A DNA stretch of 64,000 nucleotides from a virus. The notes under the pieces are model-generated. The model worked only from the letters and a program-made list of their open reading frames with translations, made no database searches and had not been told where the DNA came from. The first letter of the stretch is position 1. Each line of letters begins with the position of its first letter. Position numbers and translations under genes: made by a program. Below are positions 18,324-26,854 of this stretch, one piece after another. The DNA is taken from the IMG/VR virus record IMGVR_UViG_3300037483_001478, positions 7,989-71,988 of that record; one strand, 5' to 3'.

Positions 18324-19091
18324 ATGACTCTTCCAATCAGCATAGAAGCCGCGATGAGCAAAAAGGCCGACTCTCCGCAGTTTGGCGAGGGGCAAGCTCA
18401 AAGGGAGCTCGACCTTTGGAAGACCTGGAAGGCTCATAACGAGCATCCGGACTTTACTAAACCACTCCTCGACGAATTTTCGGGGAGAATACGGCAACGA
18501 GCCAACACCTGGGTTCCTGCTGATGTGCCAGAGCCTGTCATCAAGGCTGAGTTTGTTAAGCGAGCTATCCAATCCTTCCGTTCCTACGACCCCGACAAAG
18601 GCCCCCTCAAGCCTTGGGTGGACCGTAATCTCCAGAAGGCGCATCGATTCTTCAAAACGTACCAGAACCCTACGCGCATCGTCGAGGCCCGTCTCGACGA
18701 CAAGAAACGTGTTTTCGACAACGCTAGGTCAAATTTGCGCAATCAGAACGGCAGAGAGCCTTCCATCCAAGAGCTTTCCGAGGAGCTGAAATGGCCGGAA
18801 GGGGAAGTCATACGAGCCTTGTCGGAGGCCAAGCGCAAGTCTCTATACGCCACCGGCGGCGGCGAGGAAGGGTTTGACCCTACCGTTGTAGCTCCCACTA
18901 GAGAGACTGAAGTAGCCGCATTTATAAGGCAGGAGCTCAGGCCGCGGGAACAGGTGGTGCTGGAGTACCTATGGGGCATTGGCAGGCCTCAGCTGAAGCC
19001 GTTGGAGATCGCTAAAGAAATGAAAGTTAGCCCTTCAACCATCACCGGCATCAAGCAATCTATCACCAAGAAGTTCCAACAGTACTTGTAA
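18324..19091 (+). CDS. RNA polymerase sigma-70-family factor (FliA/SigF-like layout, regions 2-4)
   Basis: region 2 FRSYDPDKG.LKPWV, region 3 GREPSIQELSEEL, region 4 LRPREQVVL...EIAKEMKVS HTH. Confidence 0.85.
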   Translation: MTLPISIEAAMSKKADSPQFGEGQAQRELDLWKTWKAHNEHPDFTKPLLDEFSGRIRQRANTWVPADVPEPVIKAEFVKRAIQSFRSYDPDKGPLKPWVDRNLQKAHRFFKTYQNPTRIVEARLDDKKRVFDNARSNLRNQNGREPSIQELSEELKWPEGEVIRALSEAKRKSLYATGGGEEGFDPTVVAPTRETEVAAFIRQELRPREQVVLEYLWGIGRPQLKPLEIAKEMKVSPSTITGIKQSITKKFQQYL

Positions 19092-19318
19092 TGGCGCTAT
19101 ATCCACCCACTAAAGAGTCGCGGGATGCCAACCTGGACAACCTGTCTGCTGCGGTTGAGCAATGGTATCAGACGGAAAAGGTACGTATCGAGTCAGAGGT
19201 GAGGTTCCTAAAGCAAGTGAAGCAAGGAAGGGGAGCGTCATCTTTAGCAAGACTCAATTTGGAAACCGCGTCTCAGCTGCTCCAATCTGAGGTGAATGAC
19301 TTCCTGCAGGGGGTGTAG
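19091..19318 (+). CDS. hypothetical helical protein
   Basis: TAATG coupling to sigma gene. Confidence 0.65.
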   Translation: MALYPPTKESRDANLDNLSAAVEQWYQTEKVRIESEVRFLKQVKQGRGASSLARLNLETASQLLQSEVNDFLQGV

Positions 19319-19386
19319 ACTAACCGTAAGATTGTCATCTGCGCAAACCGTTGCAGCTTAGAGTAGGCCGTTAGTTGAGGTGTTTT

Positions 19387-19632
19387 GTGGACTTTATTCT
19401 TAAAGTGGCGACGGCTATCGATAAAGGTGGGGGAAAGTTTCTGCTGGCTTTGGTCTGTGTGGCGTTGGCTGCGCTTTACTACTTCGAACGCCAGAGCAAC
19501 AAGAAATTGCAGGATGACGTATGGAAATCTTCGAAGGAAGCAGTCGAGGCATTGGTGTCCACACGGGAAGCCCTCGGAAGGCTGAGCGAACTGCTGAAAC
19601 TGTACTTGTCTCGTCCTGGTGGAGGAAAGTGA
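19387..19632 (+). CDS. single-TM membrane protein, holin-like
   Basis: GAGGTG SD before GTG; TM FLLALVCVALAALYYF followed by coiled segment. Confidence 0.6.
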   Translation: MDFILKVATAIDKGGGKFLLALVCVALAALYYFERQSNKKLQDDVWKSSKEAVEALVSTREALGRLSELLKLYLSRPGGGK

Positions 19633-19994
19633 TGCATCTTTTCAAGAAGACACCGGAAGACGATAAGACTTCTATCGGCAATGCTGCGATAGAGCTGGGC
19701 TACGTAACCGCAGATGACCTAAAAAATGCACTGCACGCCCAGAGAGACCCAAAAAGCGCTTACCATGCTCACCCTCTAGGGGAGGTGTTTGTCCACCTAG
19801 GTGTTTTGCGCCCTTATCAATTGGAGCGACTACTGATTCACCAAAAGGTAGGCCGCCGCCAGATCACTAAAGCGGAGGCAGCGAAGCAAGCATTGCGGCA
19901 CCAGAGCAAGCACTTGCGCGAGGTTCTCGATGAGATGCGTGTTGTAACAGGGCGCGCTGGAGAGATTTTAGGCGAAGGAAGACCTACGAAGTAG
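19632..19994 (+). CDS. stand-alone MshEN-like (GSPII_N) domain protein
   Basis: two 24-aa repeats SIGNAAIELGYVTADDLKNALHAQ and PLGEVFVHLGVLRPYQLERLLIHQ; GGAGG SD. Confidence 0.75.
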   Translation: MHLFKKTPEDDKTSIGNAAIELGYVTADDLKNALHAQRDPKSAYHAHPLGEVFVHLGVLRPYQLERLLIHQKVGRRQITKAEAAKQALRHQSKHLREVLDEMRVVTGRAGEILGEGRPTK

Positions 19995-20012
19995 TACCAC
20001 GAGGCTTAGCGC

Positions 20013-20240
20013 ATGGCTGCTTTACCCCCACCAAAGATAGTGCAATCTACTTTTATCGAGCCTGCGGTAGCGTCCTCTGTAGAGCTGCACAGCCAAGACG
20101 TAGAAGTGGTGGGAGCGGCCATACAAGCTCCAACTAGCTCCGGGACCGCCAAGGTAGCGGACGCCCCCACAGTGGCAGCTCCCGTAATTGCACAGGCAGT
20201 TGCGCTAGCTCCTGTAGTTGTGGGCGGAGAGGAAGTGTAA
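20013..20240 (+). CDS. small A/P/V-rich hypothetical protein
   Basis: 75 aa, GAGG SD. Confidence 0.55.
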   Translation: MAALPPPKIVQSTFIEPAVASSVELHSQDVEVVGAAIQAPTSSGTAKVADAPTVAAPVIAQAVALAPVVVGGEEV

Positions 20241-20241
20241 G

Positions 20242-21186
20242 ATGGGCGCGGTACAGCTACAAATCTCGGTCTCAGATATAGAGGCGGCGCTAGCGTCTTT
20301 TGACGTTATCCGCGTTCAGCGCTCTGTTGACGGGGAGCTGGGAACCTACAACGACCTCACAGCCCCTACTCCTGCAGGCGCTGTGCTGGACGCGCCCACC
20401 GCAGGGCCTTACACCGTAGTAGGAAAGACTTTGTCGGTCCTGGAAGATTCTCAAGGCCAAGTAGATACGGTATTTACAGGCTCGGACCCGCTGACTGCAG
20501 CGCAAGTGGCTGCCCAGATCAACGCGGCTACAGGCACTACCTTCGCCTACGACGCCAGCGGCACCTTACGCCTAGCTTCTTCCATCACAGGAACTGCGTC
20601 TAAAGCAGAGATCGCAGACAGCGACGCTGCTGCGGACTTTGGATGGGTGGAGGGAGATAGGGACATTGGAGAGGACGCGCACGTTTCTTTAGTGGAGGGG
20701 CAGAGCGTCTATACCTATACGGACAACGACGGAGCAGCTGGGTACTACTACCGCGTGCAGTACTACAACTCCTCGTCCGGCCTCACGAGCGCCTTCTCTG
20801 ACCCATTCTTAGGGTCGTTGGCCACGCTACTTTCCCCTTCTAGCTTGAGCCTTGGGAAAGTCGACCTCGTGAATTTGAGCGGCGTCGCAGTGCCTGACCA
20901 AGACATCACTTTTTACTCTATGCAGGAAGCTTTGAGTATTGAAGGCTTTCAGGTAGGACTTATCCGTGCCCCCATTACGGTGCGTACAGACAATGCAGGT
21001 CACGCAGAAGTTAAGTTGGCGCGAGGTGCCAAGGTTAGAGTAGTTTTTGAGGGCACTGCACTCATACGAGAGTTCACAGTGCCGGACGTGGACGAATTTG
21101 ACGTCCTCGACGAGATGTCTTCTGCCCCCGACCCGTACGACGTCAAGACTATTCAGTTTCCTTCAGCCATTCGTAGGACCCTCTAA
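20242..21186 (+). CDS. virion structural protein
   Basis: acidic beta-rich; TAAQVAAQINAA module; FnIII-like YTYTD..YYYRVQY. Confidence 0.65.
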   Translation: MGAVQLQISVSDIEAALASFDVIRVQRSVDGELGTYNDLTAPTPAGAVLDAPTAGPYTVVGKTLSVLEDSQGQVDTVFTGSDPLTAAQVAAQINAATGTTFAYDASGTLRLASSITGTASKAEIADSDAAADFGWVEGDRDIGEDAHVSLVEGQSVYTYTDNDGAAGYYYRVQYYNSSSGLTSAFSDPFLGSLATLLSPSSLSLGKVDLVNLSGVAVPDQDITFYSMQEALSIEGFQVGLIRAPITVRTDNAGHAEVKLARGAKVRVVFEGTALIREFTVPDVDEFDVLDEMSSAPDPYDVKTIQFPSAIRRTL

Positions 21187-22451
21187 TGGCCAATGTTCTT
21201 GTCACAATAGCGGCGGTCACTGACGACGTCGTTCCTGCGCCTATCGATGGCGTCGATGTTTTCATCTACGACGAATTTGACGCGTTTGTAGCGCAAGGTG
21301 TTACAGGAGATCCTACTCCGGGCTCTGGGGAGTACGAAACTCTTCTTCCTGGCGACGGTCCTGGCATCGATTACACGCTACGGTTCTTCAAGGCCGGCAC
21401 GTCCTTCCCTGCGAGCCTACCTATCTCGGTGACTGACCCACCAGCGCCTGACAACGACTTCTCCGTCACGGGGCACGAAGGCCAGGTGGGGCAATTGGTG
21501 CAAGTTGTGGTCAAAGATGACGCCTTGACCCCCGCACCCGTAGAGTCCGTGCGTGTGCGCCTATTCGACTCTTTGGATGCGTTCCTTGCGGAGTTCTTTA
21601 CGGACTCCAGCGGTATTATTGATGCGGTTATCGAGGGAGATCCTGACCCTGGCCGCACCTACATCATTCGGCTGTTCAAGGACCAGTGGACTTTCCCGGG
21701 CGGAGCCACGCAGTTGATTGCAGTGCAGGACCCTCTTGTACCGCCTGACACCAACATCTTCGATGTAACGGCCCACCTGGCGGTGCCAGAAGAGTCAGCA
21801 GATCCCGACCTATGCCGCATTACCGGCTATGTTACGGATGCATCTCTTCGGGCATTAAAGGACATCACTTTGAGGATACTGCCAAGGGAAGTTTACCCTT
21901 CGGCAGTGGTGGCAGGGTTCCCTTTCCCTTCTGTACCTACCCCAGTGCGCGACAAGCTTTTGGTTTCTGGAATCGTAACTAAGAGCGACAAGAACGGAAA
22001 GATGGACTTCCTTCTTCCTCGCGAAAGTATTTTCGATATCCACATTTACGGTTTAGAGACCCCGGGCGTACAAATCATTGAGCAGGTGTGGGTACCTGAC
22101 GCAGCGGCAATGACCTTGCGCAATTTGCTGTTCCCCTACGTGGCATCGGTAGTGTTCGCAGAAGACCCGATTGCAGTGCTTGAGAGCGAGGCTGTTGAGG
22201 TAGCTGTAACGGTAACCGGCAGCAACGGGCAAGATATCGTAGCCAAATCCGCTCTGCTGGCTTTACTGGATTTCACCTCAGAGGACGAAGCAGTGGCTAC
22301 TGTGGAGGTCGACGATGGGTTGATCAGAGTAACAGGGGTGGGCGCAGGGAGTACAACTATTACTGTCACGCGTAAAGAGGGTACCACCCCGACTCAACGC
22401 CCGGCCATAGTAGCCCTACTAGTGACGGCACCAGTGGTGAGCGTAACCTGA
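21186..22451 (+). CDS. virion protein with repeated beta-sandwich and C-terminal Ig-like (Big_2) domain
   Basis: duplicated PAP(I/V)..V.V..(Y/F)D..DAF unit; FTSEDEAVATV..GLIRVTGVGAGSTTITV. Confidence 0.7.
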   Translation: MANVLVTIAAVTDDVVPAPIDGVDVFIYDEFDAFVAQGVTGDPTPGSGEYETLLPGDGPGIDYTLRFFKAGTSFPASLPISVTDPPAPDNDFSVTGHEGQVGQLVQVVVKDDALTPAPVESVRVRLFDSLDAFLAEFFTDSSGIIDAVIEGDPDPGRTYIIRLFKDQWTFPGGATQLIAVQDPLVPPDTNIFDVTAHLAVPEESADPDLCRITGYVTDASLRALKDITLRILPREVYPSAVVAGFPFPSVPTPVRDKLLVSGIVTKSDKNGKMDFLLPRESIFDIHIYGLETPGVQIIEQVWVPDAAAMTLRNLLFPYVASVVFAEDPIAVLESEAVEVAVTVTGSNGQDIVAKSALLALLDFTSEDEAVATVEVDDGLIRVTGVGAGSTTITVTRKEGTTPTQRPAIVALLVTAPVVSVT

Positions 22452-22801
22452 TGGGGTTTATCGGCAAGAACAGTACATCTTCTCGAGAGAAGATGCTTTG
22501 GGCCTCGGTGCTACGTAGGGCTGTTTTTGACTACGTGATCTACAAGGGCGTGCGGCGTAAGCGCTTGGACTGGATGAAGGCCCACCAATACATATTTTCC
22601 GAGGGTGCCCGGCACGAAAATGGGCTGACTTTCAACGAGGTCTGCGCACTGTTTGGTTGGGACCCTGATTATGTTCGTAGACTAACTCATGGTATGGCCC
22701 GAAGCGATATCAAGCGGCTGATACCGTCGGATTCCCTGGGGGACCTGTCCCCCAAGTCAGAGGGGGGCCATGGCAAACTTCTCGAACGAAGAGCTGTTTA
22801 A
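22451..22801 (+). CDS. basic helical hypothetical protein (possible regulator)
   Basis: EKMLWASVLRRAVFD...FNEVCALFGWDPDYVR. Confidence 0.6.
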   Translation: MGFIGKNSTSSREKMLWASVLRRAVFDYVIYKGVRRKRLDWMKAHQYIFSEGARHENGLTFNEVCALFGWDPDYVRRLTHGMARSDIKRLIPSDSLGDLSPKSEGGHGKLLERRAV

Positions 22802-25769
22802 TGGTCTTGGGGACGTCTTTCCTACAGACGTGAGCGGAGGGCGGTCGGCCAACGTCCTGAACATCGCGGCTGAATTTCAACAGCTCAAAGACCTTGCCTC
22901 TACGACCTTCTTGTTCAACCCAGACGCAATCTTCTACCTAGGCCGGTTGTTGGCTAACCAGCTTCAGGCTACGTTGGCGCAGGAAATAGGATTGTGCGAG
23001 GATATTCTGGTAGCGCTTGATGAGTTAGGGCAAATAGGGGCGCCCGTCCGTGGTACAAGCCAGCTTTCTAACGCGCAGACGACTCTGCTGGCTTTGGACG
23101 CAGCAACGGCCCTAGAAGGACGCCCTGAAGTAGCACGCTTCGACCGCCAGATAGCTGCCTTCGCGGACCAGTTGAGGCCCAATGTCATAACAGCTTCCCA
23201 GGCCCTGACACGGCCTAAGGAAGACGCCAGGTCCATCATTCAAACGGACCTCGGTAGGCTTGAGACAACCCACTCTAAGCTATTGACTTTGCTTGACAAC
23301 TTGCGCGGCCTATTGCCCAATTTTGTAGCACAAAATATCCCCACTAAAGTATCCTCGGCCACGCTGACTAAGGTGCGAGCGTCCCTTCGGTCGTTAGCGG
23401 ACACGCTTACGAACTCTACGGACGCGGCCAATATAGCTGCCAGCCGAGGCGCGCTGCTTACCGCGCTTACGGCAAAAGTAGCCGTCAAGGAAGTTGGGGC
23501 GTTTTCCGACCCTAGAAACATCAAGGTTAGGGGCCCGGAAAACCCTGTGCCGAGCACGCTACGCCATAGTGGCTATGCCGCCGGCGAGGGTACACCGGCC
23601 TCTGTGGTCACAAATTCTGGACCCTGGTCGCTTCCCATCTCTGCGCCTTTATCGGTTAAGGTAAATGGCCAGACTGCCACTGAAGTAGCCTTAGATACTC
23701 GTGTAGGGTCTGTACTGGCTGGGGCGGCTTCTGCCCCGTTCACAGTTCCTGCTACAAGGTACCTTCATGTAGTGCTGGACCCAGAAACAAAGACTGCCAC
23801 TATTTCTGCCTCTACAGTGTCTTCCGTAAACCTCAATGCGGCCATGGACCTAGACTTCAAGCATCTAGGGTGCCCTTTCTCTGCTCCTGAGGAGGCTGTA
23901 GCGTCTGACACGTACCCTAGAGCCATCACAGATATGGGTGTCCTGCAGACGTTTGCTTCCAACACGTGGAACGCCTCTTTGCACGCAGTCACGGTGGCTT
24001 CCCCATCCGCAGGTAGGCAGGGGGCGGTAGGGCTTACCTCAGAGCACGTGGGCGGGTACTTGAAGGATGTTTCAGGAGCTCGCTTCGAGATCCTCGAGGT
24101 CCAGAGTACCACGGTAGCTATTCTCGCAGACCGCGGCCTAACGCCTGCGGCGGGAGCGATGGAGCTACGGGGCAACATAGCTGCTTTGGCGGCTCAAGTC
24201 ATTGTGTCTCCGGTGTTTACCACACCTCCTACTACCACGAAGTTGGGGGTTGTGGGGCCTGCGGTAAAGACTACAGCGCTCACCGCAGGGTCAGACTCTG
24301 TTGCTCAGATCATCAGTGACGTGGAAGGGGAGACCGGAGATTTCACCAGCGACCAGATAGGGGCAACACTCAACTGGCATGTCAAGGCAGTGCCAGTTGA
24401 CGGAGATTCGGGCCGCCTAGGGCTGGCGGCAAGGACTCGTAAAAATCCCTACCTACAAATCGTGGCGCGCTTCGTAAAAACAGCTAGTCCGGTCGGACTA
24501 GCTACGTTGGTAGCTGCGTCTGTGCACTCAGAACTGGGATTTTTGGAGGGGGCTAGGCTCGTACCGCGATTTGACGCCAACGACATTCTCACAGTGGAGG
24601 AGCTCCGGGGAGCGGTCCAAGATGCAGTGCCTTTAGCGGAAGCTACGGTCGAGACAGTAGATTTGGCGGCAGGGTCGGGCAATGTGGCCATAGCCACAGC
24701 GGTGCTCACGGACGCCACCGCCTCGTTCTTGGCCAATGTGTCTCCGAGGGACTTGGTGGAGTTACGGGGCGCCACAGCGGCTGGCATACATCAAGTGCTT
24801 ACTGTAGCCGACCAGGCCCTGACTTTAGACGCGCCAGCGTTTACTGCATCCGAAACTGCAGTAGCCTACCGCGTTTATAGGCAACAGGTACGTATTGCTT
24901 CGCTAGAAGCAGGCCCTGGGTCATCCGTAGAGGTTTGGGGGCCCACAGAGCTCGGCGTGCCTAGTCTTCAAGGAACAGTGCAATACGGCACCTCAGCGGG
25001 GTTTGAGGCAAGGAACGCTAAGCAAGAGCTCTACCGCTTTGATAAAGTGAGTGTTGGCGACCTACTGCGTCTTACCGGCTATGGGACGTACGCCATTACG
25101 GAAAACCAAGGTACCCGCCTCATTCTTGAGGGAGGAGTGCCCTCAAACGTAAGTAAGGCCCAGTTTGAGATCCGTAGCAGCGCGGCACAAGCCTATACGC
25201 AGCTCAAAGACCGCTTGGATACCTTTGCGAGCTCGCCAGCGCTGCTGACCAAAAATCGCCTCGATGAGAACATCGATTTTATAGATCAGGTGTTAGCGCA
25301 GGCTATTCTCGTGGGGCAGAACTTCAAGTCCAGCCGGGAACGGGCCAAACGAGTAGTGGCAGAATTCTTATCGATTTTGACGGTATCCCCCAGAAGAGAA
25401 GGTGAGTACTCTGCCAGTGTGCCAGTAGCAGCTGATAACTTGGAGGATGCCCTGTCCTCTTATTCTGTGCCGAGGGTACCGGAGGTAGACGCGCTGTTGG
25501 ACGCGTTCCGAGAACGAAAATATGATCGGGCCGCCACCTTGTTGGCAGAGGGCCACCTTTCCGACTTTTACGCGGCATCAGCCGAAAGCGGCTCGTTTGC
25601 CGGTCACATGATGGCTACTACTAGAGCAGCCGTAGGAGACCTTCCCATTCAGGGCTCTACCCAGAGCTCTGTGGAGGATAGGACCACGCTGGCGTCTCAA
25701 GAAACCTATTCGCCGGACGCCAACGAAAACTTCAGCGATACCGACGGTCAAGTGGACTACGACGAGTAA
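22770..25769 (+). CDS. large virion/baseplate protein
   Basis: 999 aa; helical termini flanking a beta-rich core with GD..I..G.Y.I modules. Confidence 0.65.
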   Translation: MANFSNEELFNGLGDVFPTDVSGGRSANVLNIAAEFQQLKDLASTTFLFNPDAIFYLGRLLANQLQATLAQEIGLCEDILVALDELGQIGAPVRGTSQLSNAQTTLLALDAATALEGRPEVARFDRQIAAFADQLRPNVITASQALTRPKEDARSIIQTDLGRLETTHSKLLTLLDNLRGLLPNFVAQNIPTKVSSATLTKVRASLRSLADTLTNSTDAANIAASRGALLTALTAKVAVKEVGAFSDPRNIKVRGPENPVPSTLRHSGYAAGEGTPASVVTNSGPWSLPISAPLSVKVNGQTATEVALDTRVGSVLAGAASAPFTVPATRYLHVVLDPETKTATISASTVSSVNLNAAMDLDFKHLGCPFSAPEEAVASDTYPRAITDMGVLQTFASNTWNASLHAVTVASPSAGRQGAVGLTSEHVGGYLKDVSGARFEILEVQSTTVAILADRGLTPAAGAMELRGNIAALAAQVIVSPVFTTPPTTTKLGVVGPAVKTTALTAGSDSVAQIISDVEGETGDFTSDQIGATLNWHVKAVPVDGDSGRLGLAARTRKNPYLQIVARFVKTASPVGLATLVAASVHSELGFLEGARLVPRFDANDILTVEELRGAVQDAVPLAEATVETVDLAAGSGNVAIATAVLTDATASFLANVSPRDLVELRGATAAGIHQVLTVADQALTLDAPAFTASETAVAYRVYRQQVRIASLEAGPGSSVEVWGPTELGVPSLQGTVQYGTSAGFEARNAKQELYRFDKVSVGDLLRLTGYGTYAITENQGTRLILEGGVPSNVSKAQFEIRSSAAQAYTQLKDRLDTFASSPALLTKNRLDENIDFIDQVLAQAILVGQNFKSSRERAKRVVAEFLSILTVSPRREGEYSASVPVAADNLEDALSSYSVPRVPEVDALLDAFRERKYDRAATLLAEGHLSDFYAASAESGSFAGHMMATTRAAVGDLPIQGSTQSSVEDRTTLASQETYSPDANENFSDTDGQVDYDE

Positions 25770-25772
25770 GTC

Positions 25773-26204
25773 ATGGCGGACATTTCTTTTAGAGTAAGCC
25801 AAGAGAACGTTCCTAGCCCGGCCAAGCTATTCCGGGAGGTGTTGGCAGATGCGTTCACTTTTGTGCGCAGTGCGGAGGCGAACCAAGCGCTAGCCGCGGT
25901 GACCCTGGACGACCTGATCGAGGAGCACATCGGGCGTAACGGGGAGTCCGCAGACTCTAACGCGCACAAGTACAATCCGTACTCTTACGACCCTGCTGCT
26001 TCTCCGCCCGCCGGCACTAAGCCCCCTCCGCGCGTAGCCGTTAGCGGCACCACGGCTACGGCGCCCACAAGACTCGACCGCATAACTGCTATTCATAATG
26101 AATTACAGGTAGTTATCGCGGACATAAGAGCTCGCCCGCCTGTTGAGGTAGCCGACGCTGCAGAGTACACTGACGGCCTAGAGGACGGGTTAGTTAATGA
26201 GTGA
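25773..26204 (+). CDS. hypothetical virion protein
   Basis: 143 aa in operon. Confidence 0.6.
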   Translation: MADISFRVSQENVPSPAKLFREVLADAFTFVRSAEANQALAAVTLDDLIEEHIGRNGESADSNAHKYNPYSYDPAASPPAGTKPPPRVAVSGTTATAPTRLDRITAIHNELQVVIADIRARPPVEVADAAEYTDGLEDGLVNE

Positions 26205-26853
26205 ACAGCTGGAAATAGTAAAGTTCCGCGACGAGCTCGCGGTCACCCGCATATCGCGATTCGTTCCCGGTATGCCTCAACCTACCCTGGAGATTATTGG
26301 AGAGGACTTCTCAACGGCGGAAGAGGTGCGCGTCAACGAGATAACGGTGCAAGAATTTGCCATCATCAACAAGACTACCATCTGGGCACAGTTGCCGTCA
26401 GACATTGCCAAAGTCTCTAGCATTGAAGTAGTAAGCAGCGGTTTCACTCGCACGACTGCTGGGTCAAAAGTCACGTTTTTGCTGGGCCAGCGCCCCAAAA
26501 AAGTGGCAGGGATTCTCAAACTGACGCAGCTATTCATGAAGTGGCTACTTCAAAGTCCGGGTAGCGATATCTTGTCGCCAGCGCGTGGTGGCGGCCTTCA
26601 AGGGATTGTTGGGTCTTTGCAGACCTCTAAGGACATGTCTCCTGTCTTCGCTACAGTCGTGCGTGCTGTTGACACCACGGTTACCCAGATACGTGAGGCG
26701 CAGTCACTACGGTCTGACCTTCCACTCGACGAAAGACTACTGTCTGCGGAGGTCAAGGATATTGACGTGGTAGAGGGGCAGATGTTTGCGACGGTTCGCG
26801 TAGAGATCAACAGCATTGCTGGTCGGGCAGCAGTGGCGGCATTGGAGCTATAG
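26197..26853 (+). CDS. baseplate wedge gp25-like protein with N-terminal IPT/TIG-like domain
   Basis: TLEIIGEDFS..EVRVN; KLTQLFMKWLLQSPGSD..P.RGGGL; DERLLS. Confidence 0.65.
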   Translation: MSEQLEIVKFRDELAVTRISRFVPGMPQPTLEIIGEDFSTAEEVRVNEITVQEFAIINKTTIWAQLPSDIAKVSSIEVVSSGFTRTTAGSKVTFLLGQRPKKVAGILKLTQLFMKWLLQSPGSDILSPARGGGLQGIVGSLQTSKDMSPVFATVVRAVDTTVTQIREAQSLRSDLPLDERLLSAEVKDIDVVEGQMFATVRVEINSIAGRAAVAALEL

Positions 26854-26854
26854 T

